Shown here one piece after another: positions 41,208 to 51,096 of a stretch of 64,000 nt of DNA (within the stretch, counting starts at the first letter, position 1; the number at the start of each line of letters is the position of its first letter). The stretch is taken from the NCBI GenBank assembly GCA_963716725.1, contig CAVQUB010000005.1, forward strand, positions 448,001 through 512,000. The letters are read 5' to 3'. This stretch comes from an uncultured delta proteobacterium (lineage in GTDB: Bacteria > Myxococcota_A > Polyangia > Polyangiales > Polyangiaceae). The position numbers and the translations under genes are program-made. The notes beneath the pieces were generated by a model. That model did no database searches and was not told the origin of the DNA. It worked only from the letters and a program-made list of their open reading frames with translations.

Positions 41208-42464
41208 ATGAACGGGGTCAAACTCTGGGGAGTTCGAGGCGTTGGACTGATCGCGGCAATGGCCATCGGCCAAGCCTGTTCTGGGGACGGCGCGCCCGCA
41301 GAGCGCGGTTCTGCCGGTCAAGTGTCTTCGCCCGTGCAGGTCGCGAGCGGCGGCGGCTGCACCGTCGAGTGGGTGCGGCTCAACTACGACACGCCCGGTA
41401 CCGACAGCGGTGAGTTCCTCGAGCTTCGGGTCACTAATTCCGGCTCGGCGGCGACTACGCTGGGAGCTTGCGGACTCGCCAGCATTCGATTGGTCAGCGA
41501 TTCGGACTGCGGCACCTATCGGACCATCGCGCTATCAGCCGTCGCCATTCCGAACGACGGCATCATCGTGATCTGCGACTCGACCCAGATCACGGGCGGA
41601 GTGTGTGACGTGGACGTCAGCGCGGGCGCCACCGGCTGGATCCAGAACGGCGCCCCGGACCACCTCAGCTTCGTGGCGGGTGACGACAGCGTCACGCTCC
41701 ACGCCACCTACGAGGGTTCCGCCGCGGGGTGTCTGCCCGACGGCGGCGCGGTCCCAACGCTGCTCCTCCAGACGGAAGACAACGCCGCCCCCGACATGGT
41801 CAACACCTGGTGCGACAACAAGTGGATCCTCCAGGATGTCACGGACTCGGGACCCGGCACGCCGCTCAAGTGTCCGGTCGACGGCGGCGCCGACGCCGGG
41901 GACGAAGGCGGGGACGCCACGGCCGACGCGACCGCCGACGCCACGGCCGACGCGACCGCCGATGCCACGGCTGACGCGACCGCCGATGCCACGGCTGACG
42001 CGACCGCCGATGCCACGGCTGACGCGACCGCCGATGCCACGGCTGACGCGACCGCCGACGCCACGGCTGACGCCACGGCTGACGCCACGGCTGACGCGAC
42101 CGCCGACGCCACGAGCGACGCGACCGCGACGGGTGGGACCGGTGGCACGGCAGGTGCCGGCGGCACGGCTGGAGCCGGTGGTACGGCAGGCGCGGGTGGC
42201 GCATCGGGCGGCAGCGGCGGCGCGAGCAGCGGCGGCGCGAGCAGCGGCGGCGCGAGCTTCGGCGGCGCGAGCAGCGGCGGCGCGAGCTTCGGCGGTACCG
42301 GTGGCAAGTCGGACGCCGGCGTGGGCGGGTCGAAGTTTTCCGGTGGTGGCTCTGACGACGACGGTGGCTGTGGCTGCGCGCTGCCGGGCCGTCAGCCCGC
42401 GTCTCCGGGTGCGTTTGCGCTCCTGGCGCTCGGACTCGCGGCGCTCTCGCGTCGCCGACGCTGA
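41208..42464 (+). CDS. MYXO-CTERM sorted surface protein with lamin-tail-like N-domain and (DATA)n stalk
   Basis: NYDTPGTDSGEFLEL, IQNGAPD; C-terminal DDDGGCGC + hydrophobic stretch + RRRR. Confidence 0.85.
   Translation: MNGVKLWGVRGVGLIAAMAIGQACSGDGAPAERGSAGQVSSPVQVASGGGCTVEWVRLNYDTPGTDSGEFLELRVTNSGSAATTLGACGLASIRLVSDSDCGTYRTIALSAVAIPNDGIIVICDSTQITGGVCDVDVSAGATGWIQNGAPDHLSFVAGDDSVTLHATYEGSAAGCLPDGGAVPTLLLQTEDNAAPDMVNTWCDNKWILQDVTDSGPGTPLKCPVDGGADAGDEGGDATADATADATADATADATADATADATADATADATADATADATADATADATADATADATADATADATSDATATGGTGGTAGAGGTAGAGGTAGAGGASGGSGGASSGGASSGGASFGGASSGGASFGGTGGKSDAGVGGSKFSGGGSDDDGGCGCALPGRQPASPGAFALLALGLAALSRRRR
41913..42128 (+). repeat. Coding 12-bp tandem repeat (Asp-Ala-Thr-Ala), 18 units
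   Basis: GAYGCSACSGCY units in frame, with mostly synonymous variation and one DATS unit. Confidence 0.92.
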
Positions 42465-42581
42465 GCTACCTCACACGAAAGATCGCGGCGCCCTTCGCGG
42501 GCAAACTCAGCTTGCCGCCAGCGGCGTCGTCCGCGCATCCCGAGAGCGCCAGGCACAGGCTCAGACCAGCGCCGAGGCGTC

Positions 42582-45500
42582 TCATTCGACGATCACTCGA
42601 TCGCCGGCGCCGCGCCCGAAGGTCTCGGGGTCGTACATTTCTTCGACCTTCGGCGGTGGCACCACGAACTCTCCGGGCGTCGTGGCTCGCGCGACGTAGG
42701 TGTAGTCGTAGACGCCCGAGTAGAGCAGCGAAGCGAAGGCCTCCACGCGTTCGTCCCGCATGTTCTGGTGTTCGTACCAGGCGCGGCTCCACCACCACGG
42801 CGTCTTCGATTTGCCCTCCTCGGCCTTGGCGTCCACGGGGATCGTGCCGGTGGTGGCCAAGGCCGGATTCAGGGGCTCGAGGCCAGCTGGCAAGGGATCG
42901 ACCAGCGCGACGTGATAGCGCCGCCCCGGCGCGACCATGGCCAGGCGCACGCGCACCAGGGACCCGGCTTTGACGCGCCATGTGCCGTCCGGATCGCGAC
43001 GCACGTCTTCGGGCTTCTCCGCGCCCTCGTAGAGTCGGCTCACCGAGAAGCCGTGCTCGGCGGGCGGTGGCCGAAGGTCCCGTGGTGCGTACTGCATCCC
43101 GAGGCGGTAGTAGAGGCGTCCATCGCCTTCTTTGGCGAGCACCAGAGCCGCGGGCTGCGGCAGCTCAGCGAGCATGGCCAGGGGAATGTCCACGTGCTTG
43201 CGATCGGTGGTGCGACCTTGAAACCGGTGCTCACTGGCGAGGCGAGTGCCGAGCCACGAACGCGCCGTGAAGTTCGGCGTCACCTTCTCGTAGGTCGTGA
43301 AATAGCGGTGCAGCGCGAGCAGCACGAACGCGTTCTCTTGAGTCGAGAGCCAACGCCCGCGCTTCTTGTGGGCGAGCAGACCCGACACGACCTTCGGGAT
43401 CACGTCGCTGTCCGGGCGGTCTTCGATCAACGCCTCGAGCAAGATGGAGTCGCTCCTCCGGCTCGATGCCAAGAGCACATGCTCGTCGCTCTCGTCGAAC
43501 TTCGTGACGAAGTGCGCCTTGCCCGCGGTCTCACTGGTCCGGTTGTCGACGTGGCGACGGATCTGTTCGACCTGGGCCGCCGATGCCCCGTCTTTGCTCA
43601 GAACCGGCAAGAGCCAGCCGAGGGCGTCCAGCGGCAGCTTTTCGACCCCGCCCGCCTCCGTGATCAGCGCGCGCGCTCGGGCGGGATCCCCATCCTTCGC
43701 CAGCCACCGCACGTTCAGAGCGTAAGCCTCGATCACGCGTCGTGCGTCCGGTGGATACCAGTTCGGGAAGTAGTTGCGGATCGTTCGGAGGAAGCTCAGC
43801 GCAGAGCCGCGCATCTCCTGAGGGAGCGAGTAGCCGGCCTTCTCTGCGCGGATCAGGGCGTGCGTCACATGAACGCTCACGTAGGGTACGGGCGCTCGAT
43901 CGCGCCGCCAGTAGTCCCAGCCGCCGGTGTAGCTCTGGCGGGTCTTGAGCTTCTCGATGTCGGCCTTCACCGTGGCGTTGAGCGCCTTGGGCGACGGCAG
44001 CCCCTCGGCGTTGAAGGCTTCGAGCACGTCGCGCAGAGCCGCGATCGACAGAATGCGCGACGAGATCTGCTCGTTGCACTCGAAGGGATATCGCACCAGG
44101 TAGAGCAGCGCGTCCGTCAGACCCTGGAGCGCTGTCGAAGAGGTCGTGATCTCGACGTTGCCGAATTCCTTGAAGACACCGCTCGGCAGCTTCACCGGCT
44201 GCGAGATGGCGCCTTGGTCGATCTGGCCGTAAGTCGCGAAGGCCTCGGTGGTCGCCGGCGTCCAGACCGGGAGCTCGATCTCGGAGGCGTCGTCTCCGGC
44301 GGCAGACACCGCCCCGACCTGCAGGCGCGCGCTGCCCGCGGACATGGCCGCCGCCGGGAACCTGACCTCCACGCGATCGTTGGCGGGCACGCTCACCCGC
44401 AGCGCGTTCGGTCCGGTCACCTTCAGGTTGTCCGCTCGAAACGCGACATCGACGCTGAGCGGGGTCGCGGTTTGGTTCTGCAGGACCACCGGTAGCGTGA
44501 AGCGATCGCCGAAGTTCAGGAAACGCGGAGCCGAAGGTCGGACCATCAGAGGCAGGCGTGCGGTGACCGCGCCTTCGCCGGATCCGAAGCGGTTCTCGCC
44601 GGAGGCGACCACCGCCATGATCCGGTACCGCGTCAGATTGTCGGGCAGCTTCACGGTGGCTTCCGCCCGCCCGCGAGCGTCGGTCACGAGCTTCGGCACG
44701 AACGCCGCCAGCGAGCCGAAGTCGGTGCGCATCGCGATGGGTTTGGGCTTGCCTTCCTTGCTTTTGTCGGCCCGTCGTTCCACCACGGATCCGGGCGGCG
44801 CTGGCGGCGGCGGCGGAGCCGTCATGGCGCGCCGCGTCGCTCCGGGCTTGGCGGCGGCGTAGCGGCCGCTTACGACCGAGGGGCTAAGCCCGCCCCCGCT
44901 CTTGAAAGGCATGTCCGGCGCGAAGCGCCCGTTCTGCTTCTTCGACTTCGCCTCGAGGTGATGCCGCGCCGTGTCCGGTCGCATCAACGCCACGTTGAGC
45001 CGGGTCTCGTAGTCCCGCACGCCAGCCCCGCGGGTCGGGTAAAAGACCTCGAGTGGATCCGGCAGGTCGTAGCCTGCGAGGGCGAGCACGCTCTCGTCCA
45101 CCGCAACCATGGCGAGGGAAGCGCCGCTGACCGGGTGTCCGCTGGAGTCGCTCACCTGGAGTGCAACGCGGGTCTTGCCGCCCGGCGAGAGTTCCTTCTT
45201 CTCGGGTGTGATGCGCACGCTGAGCGAGCGATCCTTCGGCGGGATCTTCAGCGTCGCGGCGCCCGACGCAAAGGCGGGTCGCTTGGGCAAGCTGAGGTCG
45301 GGCTCTCCTCGCTCGTTGTCCCGCGCAACAGCGCCCACGATATCCAGCTCAACCGTCACGTTGGGCAGCCACCGGTCCGAGAGCGGCAGCTTGATCGTGG
45401 ACGAGCGCCGCTCGAGGCGCACGCGTTCAATCTTGACCAGGCCATCCCGACGCACCGTGAGCAGACCTTCGGCCGGAGCAAAGGGGGCGACCACCAGGAT

Positions 45501-48500
45501 CTCCGCGGTGTCCGTCGGGCGATACTCGCGCTTGCCCGGCACCAGCTGCACCTTGGACCCGCGCAGCGTGGGGTTTTCGGGCGGGTCCTCCCCGAGCACC
45601 CACAGCTCGATCTGGGTCTGACTCGGCCGACCGTGAACGTCGGTCACCGTAGCCGTCACCCGGTGCAGGCCGCCGGCTCGCGTCGCCAGGATGCAGGTCA
45701 CTGACTCGGTCGTGCTGGTGACGGAGCAGGTCTCTGCCGGGCCGATGTCCTCTTCCGAGGTCGAGCCGTGCCAACGGGTAGTGACCCGTTCGAGCTTCAC
45801 GCCCACGGGCCGTCCAGCAATCGCGGTGCCGTCCAGATCGGTGACGATCATGTCGAGGTTCAAGCTCTTGCCCGCGGCGAGCACGGTGCTCTCCTCGCGC
45901 AACCCGACCGTGACGTTCGCGGGATGCACCAGCATGGTGGAGCGCGCCGTCCAGCTCTGTCGATTCACGTCCGTCACCGACGCTTCGAGATCGAGCTGCC
46001 GCGCGTACGCGGGTTCCAAGCCGTCGAAATCGACTCTGAGGCGATGTTGGCCGGCGGCGTCGGTCTTGGCTTTCCATTCCTCCCGCGCCGGGCGGTCTTT
46101 TTCGGACCGGCTCCACCACGACCAACGATTCGGCTTCCCGAAGTGGTAGCCCGCGCGGTTCGGCGGTACGAAGCTCGCGTCGGCGGCGCTCACGTTCCAC
46201 TCGACCTCCGCGTCGGGCAGTCCGCCGCCGGCAAAGTAGCTCGCGGACACCGTCCCGATCGCGTGCTTGCCGACGTAGTGCGGGCCTTCGGTGGATTGCG
46301 CCGTGACCTCGAACTCCGGCTTGCGGAACTCCTGCACCTGGAACGGGTGCCGGTGGCTCTCCCCATGGAATTGTCGAGCCTCGTCGAGTTCCAGCGCGAT
46401 GTGCGCGTTCCCGAGGTTGGCGGCCTTCGGAATGTCGAAGGCGAGGTGGAAGCCGCCGTCGGAGTCGACCGAGGTGCTGCCTTTCGCGATCTCGTTGCCC
46501 ATGGGTTCGTAGACTTCGAAGGTGACGCGGGTGGCGCTGCCCGCGGGCAGGCGCGTCACGTCACCGCTCTTGCCGGCTCCGGCAAGCCGCACGAAGCCCT
46601 TGGCGTTGACCCGCTCCCCGGGTTTGTACAGGTTGCGATCGTCGAACACGAACCAACGGACCCGATCGCTGATGGGTTGCGCGACGAAGGAACCGCCTCC
46701 GAGCCACACCAAATCGTCCGCCTGACGTCCGACCAATTGAGCCCCCTCGTTGACGAGCGTGAGGGTGGCGAGGCCATCAGTGCCGGTCTTCTGGCGACTG
46801 CCGCGCGGCTCGACCGTGACGTCGACGCCCGGCAGCGGTGTGCCGTCCGCGAGACGCGTGGCAAACACGTGTCCCGAGTCCGAGTCCGTGAACGCCGTCA
46901 GGCCGATCTTGGTGACCTGGAGCCAGACGCGAACCCACTGCCTCGAGCGGTAACCCCAACGATCGGGTGGCGGATGCGTTGGCGGCTCGACGATGGCGAG
47001 CACCTGTCCGACGCCGTTCTTCAGCGCCGGCGAGAGGTCGACGGAGGTTTCGGTGAGATCGTCGGCAACGCCCTTGACCTCCACCGTGCGATTCGAGATC
47101 AGCCGACCCGGTGGCGTTCCCAGCTTGCCTTCCCAATCCCAGTCCCGGCGCCATTTCTGGTAGCTCTCGAACTCGCTGGGGGTCACGGCGTAGAGCCGCA
47201 CCTTGAGGCGCGGGCGGTTGATGCTGAACACGCCGAGCTTGGGTCCGAAGCCCGGGTCGAGCACCACCATCTCGTCCTGCTCGGCGAAGAGGTACGGCTC
47301 CGCGGAGTCCACCTGGATCTCGAGCGTCGCCGCGGAGCCGAGGGTCTGACCAAACTGGTCTCCGAGCTCCGGGCCCACCGTGACTTGGTACTTGGTGCGC
47401 CCCTTGCTGCGCCCGCGGATCGCGATGTCGCTCCCGGATTGCTCGACGCGCATCTCGGGCAAGTTCGGAGCGACGCTGATCAACCGCTTGTCGAAGGTCT
47501 TGGGGTCGAGCGGGTTGGTGAAGCGCACCGACCATGCAGCGAGCGGCGGGCAGTGTTCGTCCCAACCGCAACTGATCCGCTCGGCCTTGAGGGGGCCGAA
47601 GGTGCGGAAGTTGAAGGACTGATCCTTCGCGGTGAGCCGTTTGCCTTCCGCGCTCGGCGTGCCGGCCTTGAAGACGGCGTGCAGCTGCGTGTTCTTGGGC
47701 AGCGGGCTCAGGGGCTTGAGGGCAATGAAGCGGTCTTTCTTGGCGCGATCCCGGGCCGAGCGAGCGTCCTGCGACCGCTCGATCTCGTCCTCGTGGGCCA
47801 GCCTCACCGGAAACGAAGCTTGCCCAGCCCGCAGCGCAAAAGCGGCGAGCACCGCGTTCCGGTCGATGCGCTGGTCGAAGGTGGCAAACATCATCGGCTC
47901 GAGCTCCGACGGATCACCCCAAGGTCGCGGGGAGAAGCTCTGAACGTCCACGGTCGGAGTGGCGAAGCGCCAGCTCTTGGCCTGCGCGAAGGCTTGTCCG
48001 TTTGCTGAGCGTGTCCCCGCCGGGACCTCGACCTGATACTCCGTGGCCATCGGGAGGCGCTCGTCGCTGGGATCGAAGACCAGCGTTTGCGTTCCGACCC
48101 AACGCCAGCGCCCGGGTGGTTCGGGCACGAGGCGCACCGGCACGCCCTTCTTGGCGAGATCGTCGTGCGAGGTCAGCTCGACCATGGGCTCCGAGAAGGT
48201 CACGCTCAAGCTCGGCGCCATGCTCACTTCGCCTTCCGGTTGGAAGCGCGTGACTTCGACCGGACCCTTGGCGGTCGGGGTCGCCGGCGGCGGCGCGCCG
48301 CGTGGTGGGAAGTCCGTCTTGACGGTCTCGCCGGGGCGCGGCGGCGCCATGGACTTCTCCCGCAGCGCGAAGGCCTTCTTCTCCGCCGCGACCTTGAAGG
48401 GCGGCAGTCTCGCCATCAGGCGGTCCGCATCCGCGCCGGTCAGCGGAGACGCTGGTGCGGACTTGGCGCGCGAAGGGCGTTCGGGATCGGCGTCACTCAG

Positions 48501-48665
48501 GCGAAAGCCGAGGCCAGACTTCGAGACGCGCCACACCACCTTCTCTTCGGCCAGCGCAGTCGGTGGTTCGGCCTTCTTCACGGGCGCCACCGGCGGCGGC
48601 GTTCCCGGACAGGCGGCGGCCAAGAGCGCGAGCAACACGACCAGCGGTGCGGGTGAGCGTTTCAT
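42582..48665 (-). CDS. Bacterial alpha-2-macroglobulin family lipoprotein (2027 aa)
   Basis: LAAAC lipobox; DRNLYKPGE, VQEFRKPEFEV, VDESVLAL, LPDNLTRYR, YPFECNEQ thioester motif, YVARATTPGEF. Confidence 0.95.
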   Translation of the reverse strand: MKRSPAPLVVLLALLAAACPGTPPPVAPVKKAEPPTALAEEKVVWRVSKSGLGFRLSDADPERPSRAKSAPASPLTGADADRLMARLPPFKVAAEKKAFALREKSMAPPRPGETVKTDFPPRGAPPPATPTAKGPVEVTRFQPEGEVSMAPSLSVTFSEPMVELTSHDDLAKKGVPVRLVPEPPGRWRWVGTQTLVFDPSDERLPMATEYQVEVPAGTRSANGQAFAQAKSWRFATPTVDVQSFSPRPWGDPSELEPMMFATFDQRIDRNAVLAAFALRAGQASFPVRLAHEDEIERSQDARSARDRAKKDRFIALKPLSPLPKNTQLHAVFKAGTPSAEGKRLTAKDQSFNFRTFGPLKAERISCGWDEHCPPLAAWSVRFTNPLDPKTFDKRLISVAPNLPEMRVEQSGSDIAIRGRSKGRTKYQVTVGPELGDQFGQTLGSAATLEIQVDSAEPYLFAEQDEMVVLDPGFGPKLGVFSINRPRLKVRLYAVTPSEFESYQKWRRDWDWEGKLGTPPGRLISNRTVEVKGVADDLTETSVDLSPALKNGVGQVLAIVEPPTHPPPDRWGYRSRQWVRVWLQVTKIGLTAFTDSDSGHVFATRLADGTPLPGVDVTVEPRGSRQKTGTDGLATLTLVNEGAQLVGRQADDLVWLGGGSFVAQPISDRVRWFVFDDRNLYKPGERVNAKGFVRLAGAGKSGDVTRLPAGSATRVTFEVYEPMGNEIAKGSTSVDSDGGFHLAFDIPKAANLGNAHIALELDEARQFHGESHRHPFQVQEFRKPEFEVTAQSTEGPHYVGKHAIGTVSASYFAGGGLPDAEVEWNVSAADASFVPPNRAGYHFGKPNRWSWWSRSEKDRPAREEWKAKTDAAGQHRLRVDFDGLEPAYARQLDLEASVTDVNRQSWTARSTMLVHPANVTVGLREESTVLAAGKSLNLDMIVTDLDGTAIAGRPVGVKLERVTTRWHGSTSEEDIGPAETCSVTSTTESVTCILATRAGGLHRVTATVTDVHGRPSQTQIELWVLGEDPPENPTLRGSKVQLVPGKREYRPTDTAEILVVAPFAPAEGLLTVRRDGLVKIERVRLERRSSTIKLPLSDRWLPNVTVELDIVGAVARDNERGEPDLSLPKRPAFASGAATLKIPPKDRSLSVRITPEKKELSPGGKTRVALQVSDSSGHPVSGASLAMVAVDESVLALAGYDLPDPLEVFYPTRGAGVRDYETRLNVALMRPDTARHHLEAKSKKQNGRFAPDMPFKSGGGLSPSVVSGRYAAAKPGATRRAMTAPPPPPAPPGSVVERRADKSKEGKPKPIAMRTDFGSLAAFVPKLVTDARGRAEATVKLPDNLTRYRIMAVVASGENRFGSGEGAVTARLPLMVRPSAPRFLNFGDRFTLPVVLQNQTATPLSVDVAFRADNLKVTGPNALRVSVPANDRVEVRFPAAAMSAGSARLQVGAVSAAGDDASEIELPVWTPATTEAFATYGQIDQGAISQPVKLPSGVFKEFGNVEITTSSTALQGLTDALLYLVRYPFECNEQISSRILSIAALRDVLEAFNAEGLPSPKALNATVKADIEKLKTRQSYTGGWDYWRRDRAPVPYVSVHVTHALIRAEKAGYSLPQEMRGSALSFLRTIRNYFPNWYPPDARRVIEAYALNVRWLAKDGDPARARALITEAGGVEKLPLDALGWLLPVLSKDGASAAQVEQIRRHVDNRTSETAGKAHFVTKFDESDEHVLLASSRRSDSILLEALIEDRPDSDVIPKVVSGLLAHKKRGRWLSTQENAFVLLALHRYFTTYEKVTPNFTARSWLGTRLASEHRFQGRTTDRKHVDIPLAMLAELPQPAALVLAKEGDGRLYYRLGMQYAPRDLRPPPAEHGFSVSRLYEGAEKPEDVRRDPDGTWRVKAGSLVRVRLAMVAPGRRYHVALVDPLPAGLEPLNPALATTGTIPVDAKAEEGKSKTPWWWSRAWYEHQNMRDERVEAFASLLYSGVYDYTYVARATTPGEFVVPPPKVEEMYDPETFGRGAGDRVIVE

Positions 48666-48692
48666 CGGGGTCCCTCTCGGTGGCCACGGATG

Positions 48693-48965
48693 CTACCGCG
48701 TGCGCGCCCCGAGTCGCTTGGCGATCGAAAGGGCGAAGAAAACCAGGTTGGCGATCGACGCCGCGGCACCGCCGACCACCCCGACCCCGAGCACGAGGAG
48801 ACCCAAAGTTCGAAGCATTGCGCTCGACTCCGAGATCCCCACCACCAGGCAGACGACGCCCGCGACGCCCGCGACTCCCCCAGCCGCCACCCCGAGACAA
48901 CTCAGGCGCGTGAGCTGGCGGTAGCGTGCGGCTTCCGCCTCGGCGGGGGTCGGGGCAGGTTGCAC
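48693..48965 (-). CDS. Small membrane protein (start uncertain)
   Basis: Two long hydrophobic segments; co-oriented upstream of the A2M gene. Confidence 0.5.
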   Translation of the reverse strand: MQPAPTPAEAEAARYRQLTRLSCLGVAAGGVAGVAGVVCLVVGISESSAMLRTLGLLVLGVGVVGGAAASIANLVFFALSIAKRLGARTR

Positions 48966-49110
48966 GGCGGTCCAGGCTGTGTACCGCACAAAACCTGCGT
49001 GAGCTTGAAGGGTCGCTGGCCTTGCTGCTAAATGGCCCTCCCCGCGTCGGGAATATGACGTTACGTACGCTTCATGCGTTGCCGGGCCGCGCCCGGCCAG
49101 CGAGCGATCT

Positions 49111-50121
49111 GTGCCCACCGAGTTGTTGAAGAACCCCTTCGTTCACGGCGCCGTCTACGGCGTCTTGATCGTCACCGTGCTGATGACCATCACGGCGTGG
49201 AGCATCTGGTTCGAGCGCAAGTTCGCCGGTCGCATGCAGAGTCGCGTCGGGCCCACGCTGGTCGGCCCCTTTGGTTTGCTGCAGCCCCTCGCCGACGCGG
49301 TGAAGCTCCTCCAGAAAGAGGACATCGTCCCGGCCGCCGCTGACCGCACGCTCTTCAATCTGGCGCCGCCGCTGACGGTTCTCTTCGCGCTGGCCACCGC
49401 GGCCGTGATCCCGTTTGGCCCCGAGGTGATCGCTGCGGATCTCGACATCGGTGTGCTCTGGGTTCTCGCGATGGGCGGGCTCACGGTGTTCCCGGTTTGG
49501 ATCGCGGGCTGGGCCAGCAACAACAAGTACGCGCTGCTGGGCGGGATGCGCGCGGTCGCCCAGGGTATCTCCTACGAGATCCCGCTCGTGCTCGCCGCGC
49601 TCGTGCCGGTCACCCTCGCCGGATCGATGAGCATTTCGGACATTGTGCGCTACCAAGAGCAGCACGGCTGGATCGTGGGCTTCCCGCCGGGCCCGGGCTT
49701 GATCGCTTTTCTGATCTTCTTCATGGCATCGCTGGCGGAGGCCAACCGCATCCCATTCGACATCCCCGAGGCCGAGAGCGAGCTCATCGCAGGTGTGACG
49801 ACCGAGTACACTGGAATGAAGTTCGGGCTGTTCTACTTGGCCGAGTACCTGCACACGTTGATCGTGAGCGCGCTCGGCGCCGCGCTCTTCTTTGGCGGCT
49901 GGGCGGGCCCGATGGGACTCGCGCCCGGGCTCCACTGGATGGTGATCAAGTCGCTGCTGCTGTTCTTCGTGGTTTTTTGGGTGCGCTGGACGTTCCTGCG
50001 CTTCCGTGCCGATCAGCTGATGAGCTTGTGCTGGAAGTACCTGGTCCCGGCGGGCCTCGTGCTGGTCATGCTCGCCGCCTTCTGGGTTCACTACGGCGTC
50101 GGCAAAGCGGGAACGAACTGA
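49111..50121 (+). CDS. nuoH: NADH-quinone oxidoreductase subunit H
   Basis: ERKFAGRMQSRVGP, GLLQPLADAVKL, SNNKYALLG, RIPFDIPEAESEL. Confidence 0.97.
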   Translation: MPTELLKNPFVHGAVYGVLIVTVLMTITAWSIWFERKFAGRMQSRVGPTLVGPFGLLQPLADAVKLLQKEDIVPAAADRTLFNLAPPLTVLFALATAAVIPFGPEVIAADLDIGVLWVLAMGGLTVFPVWIAGWASNNKYALLGGMRAVAQGISYEIPLVLAALVPVTLAGSMSISDIVRYQEQHGWIVGFPPGPGLIAFLIFFMASLAEANRIPFDIPEAESELIAGVTTEYTGMKFGLFYLAEYLHTLIVSALGAALFFGGWAGPMGLAPGLHWMVIKSLLLFFVVFWVRWTFLRFRADQLMSLCWKYLVPAGLVLVMLAAFWVHYGVGKAGTN

Positions 50122-51077
50122 TGGGCTACCTGGGCGACAGCCTGCGCGCCCTGGCGCTCACGCTGAAGAACGCGTTTCGCCAACCGGTGACCGTGCGATT
50201 TCCCGCCGAGAAAAGGCAACGTGCGGCGCGCTTCCGCACCAGCTTCGCGCTGCTCCACGACGCGGAGGGTGACGAGGCCTGCGTGGGTTGCCTGCAATGC
50301 GAGAAGGTCTGCCCTTCGCAGGTCATCACCATCGTGGTCGAGAAGCGCGACTCCCCGGTGACTCAGAAGCGGCGCGGCTACGCCACGGATTTCACCCTCG
50401 ATCTCAACGCTTGCATCTACTGTGAGCTGTGCGTCCAGGTCTGTCCGACCGACGCCATCGTGATGACGCGCGAGGCCGAAGTGCCGGCGTACTCTCGGGA
50501 GGCACTCGTGCTCACGATGGACCGGCTCTACGCCAACGAGAAGAACAAGCCGCTGGCGTGGGGCACCGCGACGAACCTGATGGAGATGCAGAACCCGAAG
50601 CGGGGTCAGGCCGCGGAGGCACCCAAGCCGAAAGCGGAGCCTACGTCGCCCGCCAAGCCCGCGTCGCCTGCCAAGCCCGCGTCGCCTGCCAAGCCCGCGT
50701 CGCCTGCCAAGCCCGCGTCGCCGGCGGAGCCTGCGTCGCCCGCGGGGGCTGCGTCGCCGGCGGAGGCTGCGTCGCCGGCGGAGACTGCGTCGCCCGGGCC
50801 GCCTGCGTCGCCTGCGTCGCCCGCGTCGCCTGCCAAGCCTGCGTCGCCCGGGTCGCCTGCGTCGCCCGGGTCGCCCGCGTCGCCCGCGTCGCCTGCGTCG
50901 CCCGCGGAGCCTGCGTCGCCCGCGGAGCCTGCGTTGCCCGCGGAGCCTGCGTCGCCCGCGGAGCCTGCGTCGCTCGCGGAGCCTGCGTCGCCTGGCAAGC
51001 CTGCGTCGCCCGCGGAGAGCAAGCCGACAGCGGAGAGCAAGCCGACAGGCGAAACCGATCCGCCTCGGGCCGAGTGA
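50121..51077 (+). CDS. nuoI: NADH-quinone oxidoreductase subunit I with long Pro-Ala-Ser repeat tail
   Basis: CVGCLQCEKVCP and CIYCELCVQVCP; ATG overlaps the nuoH stop. Confidence 0.92.
   Translation: MGYLGDSLRALALTLKNAFRQPVTVRFPAEKRQRAARFRTSFALLHDAEGDEACVGCLQCEKVCPSQVITIVVEKRDSPVTQKRRGYATDFTLDLNACIYCELCVQVCPTDAIVMTREAEVPAYSREALVLTMDRLYANEKNKPLAWGTATNLMEMQNPKRGQAAEAPKPKAEPTSPAKPASPAKPASPAKPASPAKPASPAEPASPAGAASPAEAASPAETASPGPPASPASPASPAKPASPGSPASPGSPASPASPASPAEPASPAEPALPAEPASPAEPASLAEPASPGKPASPAESKPTAESKPTGETDPPRAE
50634..51047 (+). repeat. Array A: 18-bp (2x9-bp) tandem repeat inside the nuoI 3' end
   Basis: About 21 units like CCTGCGTCGCCCGCGGAG / CCCGCGTCGCCTGCCAAG, then 2x GCGGAGAGCAAGCCGACA. 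Confidence 0.92.
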
Positions 51078-51096
51078 TGCACTCGGGCGGCGCGTG

